Shown here: piece by piece, positions 53,475 to 62,091 of the stretch
Layout: each line of letters opens with the position of its first letter
How positions within the stretch are numbered: position 1 is the first letter of the stretch
NCBI GenBank assembly: GCA_029265905.1
Contig: JAJUGR010000005.1
Coordinates: forward strand, 2,553 to 66,552
DNA from: Sporomusaceae bacterium
GTDB lineage: Bacteria > Bacillota > Negativicutes > Acidaminococcales > JAJUGR01
Direction: 5' to 3'
DNA: 64,000 nt
Notes under the pieces: generated by a model
Told to the model about the DNA's origin: nothing
Seen by the model: only the letters and a program-made list of their open reading frames with translations
Databases searched by the model: none
Made by a program: the position numbers and the translations under genes

Positions 53475-53560
53475 GCCGAAGTGGCGGAATTGGCAGACGC
53501 ACCTGACTCAAAATCAGACGTGGTCCCCACGTGCCGGTTCGAGTCCGGCCTTCGGCACCA
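53475..53560 (+). tRNA. tRNA-Leu (anticodon CAA), class II with a long variable arm and encoded CCA
   Basis: Acceptor gccgaag/cttcggc; D-arm gcgg..; anticodon loop cuCAAaa; long variable arm gtggtccccacgtgc; T-arm ccggttcgagtccgg; 3' acca. Confidence 0.92.
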
Positions 53561-53570
53561 GTTAATGATC

Positions 53571-53602
53571 AAGCTCTCCGAGATATCGGAGAGCTTGTTT
53601 TC
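53571..53602 (+). terminator. Intrinsic terminator after tRNA-Leu
   Basis: aagctctccga/tcggagagctt forms an 11-bp perfect stem with a GATA loop, followed by GTTTTCG. Confidence 0.8.
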
Positions 53603-53614
53603 GTATGTGCGGTT

Positions 53615-53920
53615 TCAGGCGAAATCAGTGTTGTCCGTTTCCCACTTTTTCAAGCGGCAGTAGGCCCAGGGGGCGTAAAGGCCGCAGGTAATGAAGGTTA
53701 GGAGCATGATGACGAGCCACTGCAGGAAAAATCCGATGCCGGTGCCGGTGAAAATGAGCTGGCGTCCGTTGACAAAGGTGTTGGCGGCAATCCAGCGCTG
53801 CTGCGCCGCGTACGCCCAGGGGAAATACAGGCCGCCGGTAAGGAGCGTCAACACGCTTGTCCATAACATGAGCCAAAAATATCCAAAGCCGGAACCGCGA
53901 AATTCAAAAGCGCTTTTCAA
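53615..53920 (-). CDS. Small membrane protein with an internal repeat (DUF898/YjgN-like by eye)
   Basis: 101 aa from a TTG start 6 nt after GAGGGAGGGA. There are two TM hairpin units, each ending in GLY(F/A)PWAY. Confidence 0.5.
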   Translation of the reverse strand: MKSAFEFRGSGFGYFWLMLWTSVLTLLTGGLYFPWAYAAQQRWIAANTFVNGRQLIFTGTGIGFFLQWLVIMLLTFITCGLYAPWAYCRLKKWETDNTDFA

Positions 53921-54060
53921 GGTTACTCCCTCCCTCTGATATGGCTTCTAAAACTATTATACCTTAATCAAGCGGCGAGAAATATATGTTGATGGGTATG
54001 GACTGTCCGCGTTGATTCTTGTATGCTGAAGTTAAAAGCGATGCAAGGGGCGTGAAGCGT

Positions 54061-54768
54061 ATGGGGTTGGCGCAAAAGGCGGTTGCGGCGGTGCTGTTGG
54101 CAATTATTTTTGTCGCCGGGCCAATGACGGCGAGGGCGGCGGAATTGGAACAGGCGGTATCCGTTCAAGGAGCCGCGGAGCGTCAGGTGGAGCCGGATTT
54201 CGCTTACGTGACGGTTGGCGTGCAAAGTGAGGCTGCGACGGTTGAGGCGGCGCGGGTGCAAAACCAGGCGGCAATGCAAGGCGTGGCGGCCGCGGCAATG
54301 AATGCGGGAATTCCGAAAAACAAGATCCGGACAAGCCGGCTGCAGATAACGCCGATTTACAGCGAGGCTAACCGGCCAAAGCGCGTGATAAGCGGCTATG
54401 CCATGCAAAATCAAATCACCGTGGAAATCCGGGATCTTGACAAACTTGGTGAGGTTATCGATGCCATGCTATCGGCCGGAGCCAATCAACTAAATGGCGT
54501 TCGGTTCGCCGTTGAAAACGAAGTGGCGTTGCAGGAGGATTTGCTGCGGGAAGCGGTGCAGGACGGCCGGCGTAGAGCCGCGGTAATCGCGCAAGCGGGC
54601 GGACGGAGCCTGGGCGGCCTGCTTCGGGCGTCTGTGGGGGCGGCGCCGGCGGTGCAGGCCGCCGATGCCGCGCAGTTTCGCTTGCCGGGCAAGGGGGGCG
54701 ATACGCCGGTTTTCGGGGGAACAATGCGCGTGCTCGTTGAGGCGCAGTTGGTTTTCGCTTTGCAGTAA
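54061..54768 (+). CDS. SIMPL-domain (DUF541) secreted protein
   Basis: Signal peptide MGLAQKAVAAVLLAIIFVAG.., then ..AAERQVEPDFAYVTVGVQSEA.. and a C-terminal ..VLVEAQLVFALQ pattern typical of SIMPL / 26-kDa periplasmic proteins. The start is uncertain (track start 54019). Confidence 0.7.
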   Translation: MGLAQKAVAAVLLAIIFVAGPMTARAAELEQAVSVQGAAERQVEPDFAYVTVGVQSEAATVEAARVQNQAAMQGVAAAAMNAGIPKNKIRTSRLQITPIYSEANRPKRVISGYAMQNQITVEIRDLDKLGEVIDAMLSAGANQLNGVRFAVENEVALQEDLLREAVQDGRRRAAVIAQAGGRSLGGLLRASVGAAPAVQAADAAQFRLPGKGGDTPVFGGTMRVLVEAQLVFALQ

Positions 54769-54979
54769 AATGATACGGCCGGGTGAAGGTAGCCAATACT
54801 TTGCCTGGCTGTTGTTTTGTAAAAATTTTAATTGATAATGAAACTTTTTTCTGGCAGGAATAATGCCGTTTCAGCCGAATCATAACAAAATGAGTTGCGC
54901 AAAGATTGTTGCTTGTCAGAAAGCTGGTATGACCACTAGACCGACTGACGCGACTCAATACCGCAAGAGGAGGATGAAC

Positions 54980-55384
54980 ATGGAAGAACAGCTTGGCATT
55001 GTTCTTGCGGTTGATGGCGATAAGGCCAGCGTGCGGGCCAGCCGGCACTCGCATTGCGAATCTTGCGGTTCTTGTCCCGGGTCAGAAGCTATCACCATCG
55101 TTGCTTTAAATGCGCCGGGGGCAAAACCGGGCCAGCGCGTGGCTTTTGCAGCGCATGAGACCAGCATGGTCAAAGCGGCGTTTGTAACGTTTGCGTTGCC
55201 GCTGATCACAACCCTGCTAGGGATGCTTGGCGCCTATTGGCTGACGCAGTCGGCTGCGCTGCTGCCGTTGGGGATCGGCGCGCTGCTTGGCGCAACCGGC
55301 GGAATTGTTTATGTGCTTTATTTTGACCGTAAGCTTCGCAACGGTCGCGGCAACATGCCGGAAATTATCCGCATCATTGATTAA
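54980..55384 (+). CDS. rseC: RseC/MucC-family (SoxR-reducing-system) membrane protein
   Basis: MEEQLGIVLAVDGDKASVRASRHSHCESCGSCPG.., followed by two TM helices, directly upstream of rnfC. The ATG at 54980 is 6 nt after AAGAGGAGG. Confidence 0.75.
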   Translation: MEEQLGIVLAVDGDKASVRASRHSHCESCGSCPGSEAITIVALNAPGAKPGQRVAFAAHETSMVKAAFVTFALPLITTLLGMLGAYWLTQSAALLPLGIGALLGATGGIVYVLYFDRKLRNGRGNMPEIIRIID

Positions 55385-55402
55385 GCAGGTAGGGGGATTG
55401 TC

Positions 55403-56716
55403 ATGTTTAAAAGCTTCAGAGGCGGTATTCATCCTCAGGATCAAAAACAGTACAGCCGGGACAAGGCCATTGAGACAATGCCGGTTCCGGCGAAGCTCGT
55501 CCTGCCCTTGCGGCAGCACATTGGCGCGCCGGCCGAGGCGATTGTCGCCGTAGGCGAGCAGGTGAAAAAGGGGCAGTGCATCGCAAAAAGCACTGGCTTT
55601 GTGTCAAGCCCGGTGCATGCGCCCACCTCGGGCAAAATAGCGGCCATCGCCGTGCAGCCGCACCCGGTATTCGGAACCTCGATGGCGATTGTCCTGGAAG
55701 CAGACGGAGAGGACGCCTGGCAGGAAGGCGTGCTCGTCGAACGCGACTGGCGCAGCCTGTCAAACAGCGATTTGCTGGAAATCATCCGCAACGCCGGCAT
55801 TGTCGGTCTGGGCGGCGCGGCTTTTCCCACGCACGTCAAGCTCAATCCGCCGCCCGACAAAAAAATCGATACGCTGATTATCAACGGCGCGGAGTGCGAG
55901 CCGTATCTAACGGCGGACCATCGCGTGATGCTGGAATGGCCGGATAAAATGATTGAAGGCATCGAGATTGCGTTAAAGCTGCTGGGCTTGAACGAAGCCG
56001 TCATCGGCATCGAGAAAAACAAAGCGGATGCGGTGGCGTTTCTGGAGAAAAAATGCCAGGGAAAGCCGATCAAGGTGGCGGCCCTGGAAACAAAATATCC
56101 GCAAGGCGCCGAAAAGATGCTGATTCGCGCCATTACCGGGCGCGAAGTGCCGTCCGGCGGCTTGCCGGCTGATGTGGGCGTGATCGTGCAAAACGTGGGC
56201 ACGCTGGCGGCCGTGTCTGACGCTGTGTCGCACGGCAAGCCCTTGATCGAGCGGGTCGTGACGGTGTCCGGCGGGTTGGTGAAGGAGCCGAAAAACATCC
56301 TGGTGCGCCTGGGCACGTCGTTTGCCCAAGCGGTCGAGTGGTGCGGCGGACTGACCGGCAAAGCAGCCAAGATCGTGATGGGCGGGCCGATGATGGGAAT
56401 GGCGCAGGCCGGGCTCGAGGTTCCGATCGTGAAAGGCACCTCCGGCATCTTAGCGCTGGCCAAGTCGGATATCGGCGGCGGCAAAGAACGCGGCTGCATC
56501 CGCTGCGGGCGCTGCGTCGAGGTTTGCCCGATGGGGCTGGCGCCTTACCTGTTCGCGATTTGGGGGCAGCGCGACAATGTTGAGGCGGCTGTTAAGGAAG
56601 GGCACCTGCTCGACTGCGCGGAGTGCGGCTCCTGCGTCTATGTTTGTCCCGCCAAGCGGAATCTGGTTCACTATATTAAGCTGCTGAAAGCAAAAAACGC
56701 GGCGAAAAGGAAATGA
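55403..56716 (+). CDS. rnfC: Rnf electron-transport complex subunit C
   Basis: 437 aa. MFKSFRGGIHP.., GLGGAAFPTHVKL, and two CxxCxxCxxxCP motifs (CIRCGRCVEVCP, CAECGSCVYVCP). Confidence 0.93.
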   Translation: MFKSFRGGIHPQDQKQYSRDKAIETMPVPAKLVLPLRQHIGAPAEAIVAVGEQVKKGQCIAKSTGFVSSPVHAPTSGKIAAIAVQPHPVFGTSMAIVLEADGEDAWQEGVLVERDWRSLSNSDLLEIIRNAGIVGLGGAAFPTHVKLNPPPDKKIDTLIINGAECEPYLTADHRVMLEWPDKMIEGIEIALKLLGLNEAVIGIEKNKADAVAFLEKKCQGKPIKVAALETKYPQGAEKMLIRAITGREVPSGGLPADVGVIVQNVGTLAAVSDAVSHGKPLIERVVTVSGGLVKEPKNILVRLGTSFAQAVEWCGGLTGKAAKIVMGGPMMGMAQAGLEVPIVKGTSGILALAKSDIGGGKERGCIRCGRCVEVCPMGLAPYLFAIWGQRDNVEAAVKEGHLLDCAECGSCVYVCPAKRNLVHYIKLLKAKNAAKRK

Positions 56717-56726
56717 GGGTGACGAC

Positions 56727-57713
56727 ATGGAGACGTTAAATGACAACAGACTGATCGTTTCGGCCTCGCCGCATGTTCGGTCGCAAGAAACGGTGGCCTC
56801 AATCATGTGGACGGTTGTTGCCGCTTTAATCCCGGCGGTATTGTTTTCAATCTGGCAGTTCGGCGTGAAGGCCGCGCTCGTTTACGCTTTTTGCATCGGC
56901 GGCGCGGTAGGCTGCGAATATGCGATCCAAAAGCTGCGCGGCGTGGAAGTCACCATTGACGACGGCAGCGCGTTCTTGACCGGACTCTTGATGGCGATGT
57001 GCCTGCCGCCCGGACTGCCCTGGTTTATGTGCCTGTTTGGCGCCGTCATGGCGATTGCTGTCGCCAAGCATACGATGGGCGGCTTGGGCTACAATGTCTT
57101 TAACCCCGCCCACGTTGGCCGCGCCGCGCTCCTGGCCTCATGGCCGGTCGCCATGACAAGCTGGACAACCATGCCCAGCGTGCTTGACGGCGTCACTTCG
57201 GCGACGCCGCTGGGCATCTTGAAACAGCAGGGGTTTGAGCAAGTGGTGGCTGTTTTCGGCAATAGCGGCAACCTGCTGCAAGCCATGTTTTTTGGGACCC
57301 GCAACGGCAGCATCGGCGAAACCTCGACCGTTTTGCTGCTGCTGGGGGGGCTGTTTTTGATTTATCGCGGCATCATCAATTGGCACGTCCCGGTGTCGAT
57401 GATCGGCACGGTCGGCATTCTGGCCTTCTTCATCAGCGGGCAGGGCGTGACCGGCGCGCTCTTTCACATGATGGCCGGCGGGCTTGTGATTGGCGCCTTC
57501 TTCATGGCAACAGACATGGTCACGATTCCAATCACCGTTAAAGGCCAGGTTATCTTCGGGGTTGGCGCCGGACTGTTGGTCATGCTGATCCGGACGGTCG
57601 GCGGCTATCCGGAGGGCGTTTGCTATTCCATTTTGCTGATGAATTGCGTGACGCCGATGATTGATCGTTTTGTGCAGCCCAAGCGGTTTGGAGTAGGGGG
57701 TGAGCGGGCATGA
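56727..57713 (+). CDS. rnfD: Rnf complex subunit D
   Basis: 328 aa, polytopic, NqrB/RnfD-like, with the ..DGVTSATPLG.. flavinylation-type motif. Confidence 0.92.
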   Translation: METLNDNRLIVSASPHVRSQETVASIMWTVVAALIPAVLFSIWQFGVKAALVYAFCIGGAVGCEYAIQKLRGVEVTIDDGSAFLTGLLMAMCLPPGLPWFMCLFGAVMAIAVAKHTMGGLGYNVFNPAHVGRAALLASWPVAMTSWTTMPSVLDGVTSATPLGILKQQGFEQVVAVFGNSGNLLQAMFFGTRNGSIGETSTVLLLLGGLFLIYRGIINWHVPVSMIGTVGILAFFISGQGVTGALFHMMAGGLVIGAFFMATDMVTIPITVKGQVIFGVGAGLLVMLIRTVGGYPEGVCYSILLMNCVTPMIDRFVQPKRFGVGGERA

Positions 57714-58711
57714 GTTCAGAGACGAACGTCGTAAAAGTTGCTGCCAATCTGACGTTAGCCTGCTTGGTCTCCGGCCTCGTCATCGCCGGGGTATACAGCA
57801 TCACCGCGCCGGAAGCGGCGAGGCAGAAGGAATTGGCCAAAACGCAGGCGATGCAGGAGCTGGTGAAGGAGGCCGACCAGTTTGCGCCCATCGCGGGCAA
57901 GACGGGCTGGTTTGAGGCGAAAAAAGGCGGCAAGGTGCTGGCGACCGTCTTGCCGAGCGAAAGCAAGGGGTATGGCGGTCCGATCAAACTGCTGGTGGCG
58001 GTGACGCCGGAGGGCAAAGTCCATGATTTCAAGGTGCTGGGCCACAATGAGACGCCCGGCCTTGGCGACAACATCAAGAAGCCGAAATTCAAGGATCAGT
58101 TCCCCGGCAAGGCATTGGCCCAGTTGAATGTCGTGAAGCAGCCGGTGGCGGACGGTTCGGCCATTGAGGCGATTACGGGTGCGACGATCAGCTCGAAGGC
58201 GCTGACTGTGGCCGTTCGCGAGGCGGTCGAAGCGGTTGCGGCGGCCAAGACAAGCGCAACGCCGGATCACGTGGCGGGCACGCAGCCGATTACTGATCCG
58301 GAGCGGTTGCAGGTTTTGCGCGAATTAATCCCGGCTGCAACCGGTTTTCATACGGTAGTCGGGAAAACCGCCTGGGTGGCAGTTGAGAAAGGCGACCAGT
58401 TGCTCGCCTACGTGCTGCCGGCAGAAAGCCAGGGGTACGGCGGGGTGATGCGGCTGGCGGTTGCCGTTTCTACGGACGGCAAGGTGCTGGCGGCGAAAAC
58501 AATGGCGCACAAGGAAACCATCCGCCGCGCGGATGAGGCGCTGGCGCCTGCCTATCTGCAGAATTTCGTCGGCCTGTCGCTGTCTGACTTGGCAGGTGGA
58601 AAATCAGTTGACGCGATTGCCGGGGCGACCGTGACATCGAAGGCTGTTCTGGCCTGCGTGACCAAGGCCTTGGGCGATGTCAACGATTATCAGTCGGGCG
58701 TGAAGGGGTGA
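57710..58711 (+). CDS. rnfG: Rnf complex subunit G with tandemly duplicated FMN-binding domains
   Basis: 333 aa, against roughly 200 aa for a typical RnfG. An N-terminal TM helix is followed by two homologous units (GYGGPIKLLVAV..GHNETPGLGD..ITGATISSKA and GYGGVMRLAVAV..AHKETIRRAD..IAGATVTSKA). Confidence 0.85.
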   Translation: MSSETNVVKVAANLTLACLVSGLVIAGVYSITAPEAARQKELAKTQAMQELVKEADQFAPIAGKTGWFEAKKGGKVLATVLPSESKGYGGPIKLLVAVTPEGKVHDFKVLGHNETPGLGDNIKKPKFKDQFPGKALAQLNVVKQPVADGSAIEAITGATISSKALTVAVREAVEAVAAAKTSATPDHVAGTQPITDPERLQVLRELIPAATGFHTVVGKTAWVAVEKGDQLLAYVLPAESQGYGGVMRLAVAVSTDGKVLAAKTMAHKETIRRADEALAPAYLQNFVGLSLSDLAGGKSVDAIAGATVTSKAVLACVTKALGDVNDYQSGVKG

Positions 58712-59358
58712 GTGCGGTGAGAGGATTATGGCAGATTTTTGTTAACGGTCTGTTTGAGTCAAATCCGATTTTTCGGCTGGCGCTTAGCCTTTGTCCGGCG
58801 TTGGCCGTTACGTCGAATGTCTATAATGCCTTCGGCATGGGAATGAGCGTGCTGTTTGTCATTACGGCCAATAACATGGCAGTTTCGCTTACGCGCAAAC
58901 TGATCAACGCTAAAGTGCGTGTTCCAGTCTACATCACTTCGATCGCTACGATCGTTACTGTAGTGCAACTGGTGTTAGAGGCATATTTCCCGCGGCTGTA
59001 CCAGGAGCTGGGCATATACCTGGCCCTGATCGTCGTGTTTGCCATCATTTTGGCGCGCGCGGAGGTTTTTGCCGCCAAAAACCCAATCATACCGTCGATG
59101 GTTGACGGTCTTGGCATGGGCGCAGGTTTTGCCGGCGCAATGGTGCTGATCGGGGTAATCCGCGAAGTAATCGGCAATGGCACCATCTTGGATATCCCCT
59201 TGTTTGGGCCCAATTATGCCCCCGCCCTTATCATGATCCTGCCGGCGGGCGGGTTCATCACGATCGGGCTGTTGATCGCTTTCTTCAACCATCTGACGGA
59301 AGTGCGCAAACAGGCGCGGGAGAAACTGGCGCTGCAAGAAGGCGGTGAAACGGCATGA
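58708..59358 (+). CDS. rnfE: Rnf complex subunit E
   Basis: 216 aa. ..GLFESNPIFRLALSLCPALAVT.. is a typical RnfE/NqrD pattern. Confidence 0.9.
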   Translation: MSAVRGLWQIFVNGLFESNPIFRLALSLCPALAVTSNVYNAFGMGMSVLFVITANNMAVSLTRKLINAKVRVPVYITSIATIVTVVQLVLEAYFPRLYQELGIYLALIVVFAIILARAEVFAAKNPIIPSMVDGLGMGAGFAGAMVLIGVIREVIGNGTILDIPLFGPNYAPALIMILPAGGFITIGLLIAFFNHLTEVRKQAREKLALQEGGETA

Positions 59359-59936
59359 TGGAATATGTTCTTCTGTTTTTGAGCACGGTTATCGTCAACA
59401 ACTTTGTCTTGTCCCGCTTTTTGGGGCTGTGCATTTTCTTTGGCGTTTCCAAGAGTCTGAACGCCTCGGTTGGCATGGGCATGGCGGTCGCTTCGGTTAT
59501 GACGGTAAGCTCCACGCTGGCCTGGGTTGTGTACAATTATGTTCTTGTTCCTTTTCACCTTCATTTCCTGACGACAGTCGTATTCGTTATTCTTGTCGCT
59601 TGCTTTGTCCAGCTGTTGGAAATGATCATTCGGAAATTTGCTCCGGCGTTGTATAACCTGTGGGGCATTTACCTGTTGCTGATTGCAACAAACTGCATAA
59701 TCCTGGGCGTTCCGCTGATCAACGCCGAATCGAATTACGGCTTTGTCAAGAGCGTCGTCCACGCTTTTGGCTCTGGCGTCGGGTTCGCCTTTGCGCTTAT
59801 TTTGATGGCCAGCCTGCGGGAACGGCTGGCGCTGGCCGACGTGCCCAAGCCCTTCCAGGGCCTGAGCATCGCCTTTATCCTGGCGGGACTGCTGGCGCTG
59901 GCGTTCATGGGCTTTTCCGGAATGATTCCAATCTAG
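59355..59936 (+). CDS. rnfA: Rnf complex subunit A
   Basis: 193 aa. ..VNNFVLSRFLGLCIFFGVS.. is a typical RnfA/NqrE pattern. Confidence 0.9.
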   Translation: MMEYVLLFLSTVIVNNFVLSRFLGLCIFFGVSKSLNASVGMGMAVASVMTVSSTLAWVVYNYVLVPFHLHFLTTVVFVILVACFVQLLEMIIRKFAPALYNLWGIYLLLIATNCIILGVPLINAESNYGFVKSVVHAFGSGVGFAFALILMASLRERLALADVPKPFQGLSIAFILAGLLALAFMGFSGMIPI

Positions 59937-59978
59937 AAACGGAATGGTAACTAAGTCGCTGAAAGGGGACCGAGGCAC

Positions 59979-60800
59979 GTGAGTACATGGATGCTGATTT
60001 TAATCGTTATGACGGGGCTGGGGCTTATCTTTGGCGTCATCCTCGCCTTCGCCAACAAAAAATTGGCGGTGGAGATGAACCCGCTCATTCATATTGTCGA
60101 GGACGTGCTGCCCAAGGGGCAGTGCGGGGCGTGCGGCTATGCCGGCTGCCAGGCGTACGCCGAGGCGGTTGTCTTGAATCCGGATGTTCCGCCGAACCTG
60201 TGCATTCCCGGCAAGGAAGTTGTCGCGCAGGCGGTGGCGGAAATAACGGGCAAGCAGGCTGCGGCGACCGAGCCGCGCATGGCGCATGTGCGGTGCAATG
60301 GCACCGTGGGTAAAGCCGTGTTTGATTTTCATTATGACGGGGTCAAGGATTGCCTGGCCGCGTCCTTGCTGCAAGGCGGCCCGAAACACTGCCAGTACGG
60401 CTGCCTGGGGCAAGGCACGTGCGTGGCAAAGTGCCCGTTCGGCGCATTGACCTTGAGCGAGGAAAACCTGCCGGTCGTCAATCCGGCCCGCTGCACCGGC
60501 TGCGCCGTTTGCGCGGCGGTTTGCCCGCGCAGCGTCATCGACATGATTCCCCTAACCGCCCATGTTGAAGTGGACTGCAATTCGATTGAAAAAGGCGTTG
60601 CCGCCAAGCAGGCCTGCTCGTGTGCCTGCATCGCCTGCACGCTGTGCGTTAAAAATTGCCCGTACGGCGCGATCCGCATGGAAAATAATTTGCCGGTTGT
60701 CGATCATGCACTTTGCGAAGAAAAATGCACCGATCCGACTTGCGTCACCAAGTGCCCGACAAAAGCGATCCTGCGCCGCTTGTCTTATAAGGGCGAATAG
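59979..60800 (+). CDS. rnfB: Rnf complex subunit B (polyferredoxin type)
   Basis: 273 aa. An N-terminal TM helix, CGACGYAGCQAYAEAV, then four ferredoxin-type Cys clusters. Confidence 0.9.
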   Translation: MSTWMLILIVMTGLGLIFGVILAFANKKLAVEMNPLIHIVEDVLPKGQCGACGYAGCQAYAEAVVLNPDVPPNLCIPGKEVVAQAVAEITGKQAAATEPRMAHVRCNGTVGKAVFDFHYDGVKDCLAASLLQGGPKHCQYGCLGQGTCVAKCPFGALTLSEENLPVVNPARCTGCAVCAAVCPRSVIDMIPLTAHVEVDCNSIEKGVAAKQACSCACIACTLCVKNCPYGAIRMENNLPVVDHALCEEKCTDPTCVTKCPTKAILRRLSYKGE

Positions 60801-60806
60801 GGTACA

Positions 60807-61214
60807 ATGAAAAACAAAGCAGCGAGAGAGACGATGAAAAAAATGAAGCGGGCCGATTTCCTGATGGGCGCTGCCGCCCTGGCGGTGTCGGTTCTGGGCA
60901 TTGCCTGGTCGCAGGCGTCGCCTGTCAAGCCGGGGGCGGAAATGATCGTTCGCCAGCACAACCATGAGGTGTTGCGGGTTGAGCTAACCGACAACAGCGA
61001 AGAAACCTGGACGCTGGGCGAGCCTGGACATCAAAACGTTGTGCAGCGCAAGGGGACCCGTGCCCGTGTCGTCAAAGCCGATTGTCCGGACCAAATTTGC
61101 GTCAAGCAGGGCTGGGTGGATAAAGACGGCGATCAGCTATTGTGCGTTCCTCATCGATTGCTTGTTGAAATTCGCTCTAAAGGGGCAAAAACAATTGATG
61201 CCTTGGCAAGGTAA
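60807..61214 (+). CDS. NusG-domain-II-containing membrane-anchored protein
   Basis: 135 aa. A signal/anchor helix, then ..VKADCPDQICVKQGWV...LLCVPHRLLVEI.. as in NusG_II proteins that pair with Gx transporters. The start could be the ATG at 60834. Confidence 0.6.
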   Translation: MKNKAARETMKKMKRADFLMGAAALAVSVLGIAWSQASPVKPGAEMIVRQHNHEVLRVELTDNSEETWTLGEPGHQNVVQRKGTRARVVKADCPDQICVKQGWVDKDGDQLLCVPHRLLVEIRSKGAKTIDALAR

Positions 61215-61728
61215 ACCAGTGCGATTCGTTGATAGTGTTGTCCGGCAGGGCATGTTTGTGGCGTTGGCGCTCAGCCTGCAGCTGCTTGAGTCCATGCTGC
61301 CCATGCCCTTGCCTATACCGGGTTTGAAGCTGGGCTTGGCCAATTTGGTCAGTGTTTATTTGTTGCTAGCCGCTGATTGGCATGTGGCCATGCGCGTTGC
61401 GGCTATTCGTGTTTTGCTGGCGGCGCTGTTTGGCGGAACGCTGTTGGGACCGGCTTTTTGGCTGTCTTCGGCTGGCGCCTTCGCCAGTTTAGTTGGCATG
61501 ACGCTTTTATTGCGCACGGCGTCTGCCAACATAACGATTTTGGGCGTCAGCTTGGTCGGCGCTATCTTGCACAACCTGGCACAATTATTGGCAGCTAGTT
61601 ATTTGATGCAAACTACAGGCGTTTTTTCCTTATGGCCGTGGCTGGTGCTGTTTGCTGTACCGGCCGGTTTTGTAACCGGCTGGAGCGCGCGGGCCTTGTG
61701 GAAACGCACACAATGGATGTGGGGATAG
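61198..61728 (+). CDS. Gx transporter family protein (heptaprenyl diphosphate synthase component I-like)
   Basis: MPWQGKPVRFVDSVVRQGMFVALALSLQLLESMLPMPLPIPGLKLGLANLV.. is a characteristic N-terminus, with 5 TM helices. It overlaps the NusG_II gene by 17 nt. Confidence 0.65.
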   Translation: MPWQGKPVRFVDSVVRQGMFVALALSLQLLESMLPMPLPIPGLKLGLANLVSVYLLLAADWHVAMRVAAIRVLLAALFGGTLLGPAFWLSSAGAFASLVGMTLLLRTASANITILGVSLVGAILHNLAQLLAASYLMQTTGVFSLWPWLVLFAVPAGFVTGWSARALWKRTQWMWG

Positions 61729-61730
61729 AG

Positions 61731-61762
61731 TCCTTGTCGTCGGCAAGGATTTCTTTTCTTTG
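61731..61762 (+). terminator. Intrinsic terminator closing the rnf-NusG_II-Gx transcription unit
   Basis: tccttg/caagga stem with a 7-nt loop, followed by TTTCTTTTCTTTGTT. Confidence 0.65.
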
Positions 61763-61809
61763 TTACGGGCAAGGTGGAATTTCTGCCGGTGAAGATAGGA
61801 GTGTGGACA

Positions 61810-62079
61810 ATGCGCGCCGGGAAAAAAGGCAATCTGACACTGTTTCTTTTTGTTGTAACAGGGGCTATTCTGGGCGGCTTGCTTGGGGACGCTGCGATGA
61901 GTACGCCGGCGTTGGCGCCTGTTTCGGCTTCCTTGACAAAGCCGTTTTCGGTGTTGGAAATCCCTTCGTTCACTGTTAACTTGTATGTCGTTAAGATGGC
62001 GATGTCTTTTTCGTTTTTCCCCAACCTGGCCAGCATCGCTGGCATTATTTTGGCGCTGTTTTTATTCCAACGCCTGTAG
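61810..62079 (+). CDS. DUF4321-family small membrane protein
   Basis: MRAGKKGNLTLFLFVVTGAILGGLLGD.. Its position directly upstream of maf-radC-mreB is conserved in Firmicutes. Confidence 0.6.
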   Translation: MRAGKKGNLTLFLFVVTGAILGGLLGDAAMSTPALAPVSASLTKPFSVLEIPSFTVNLYVVKMAMSFSFFPNLASIAGIILALFLFQRL

Positions 62080-62091
62080 GAGTCGATCGCT

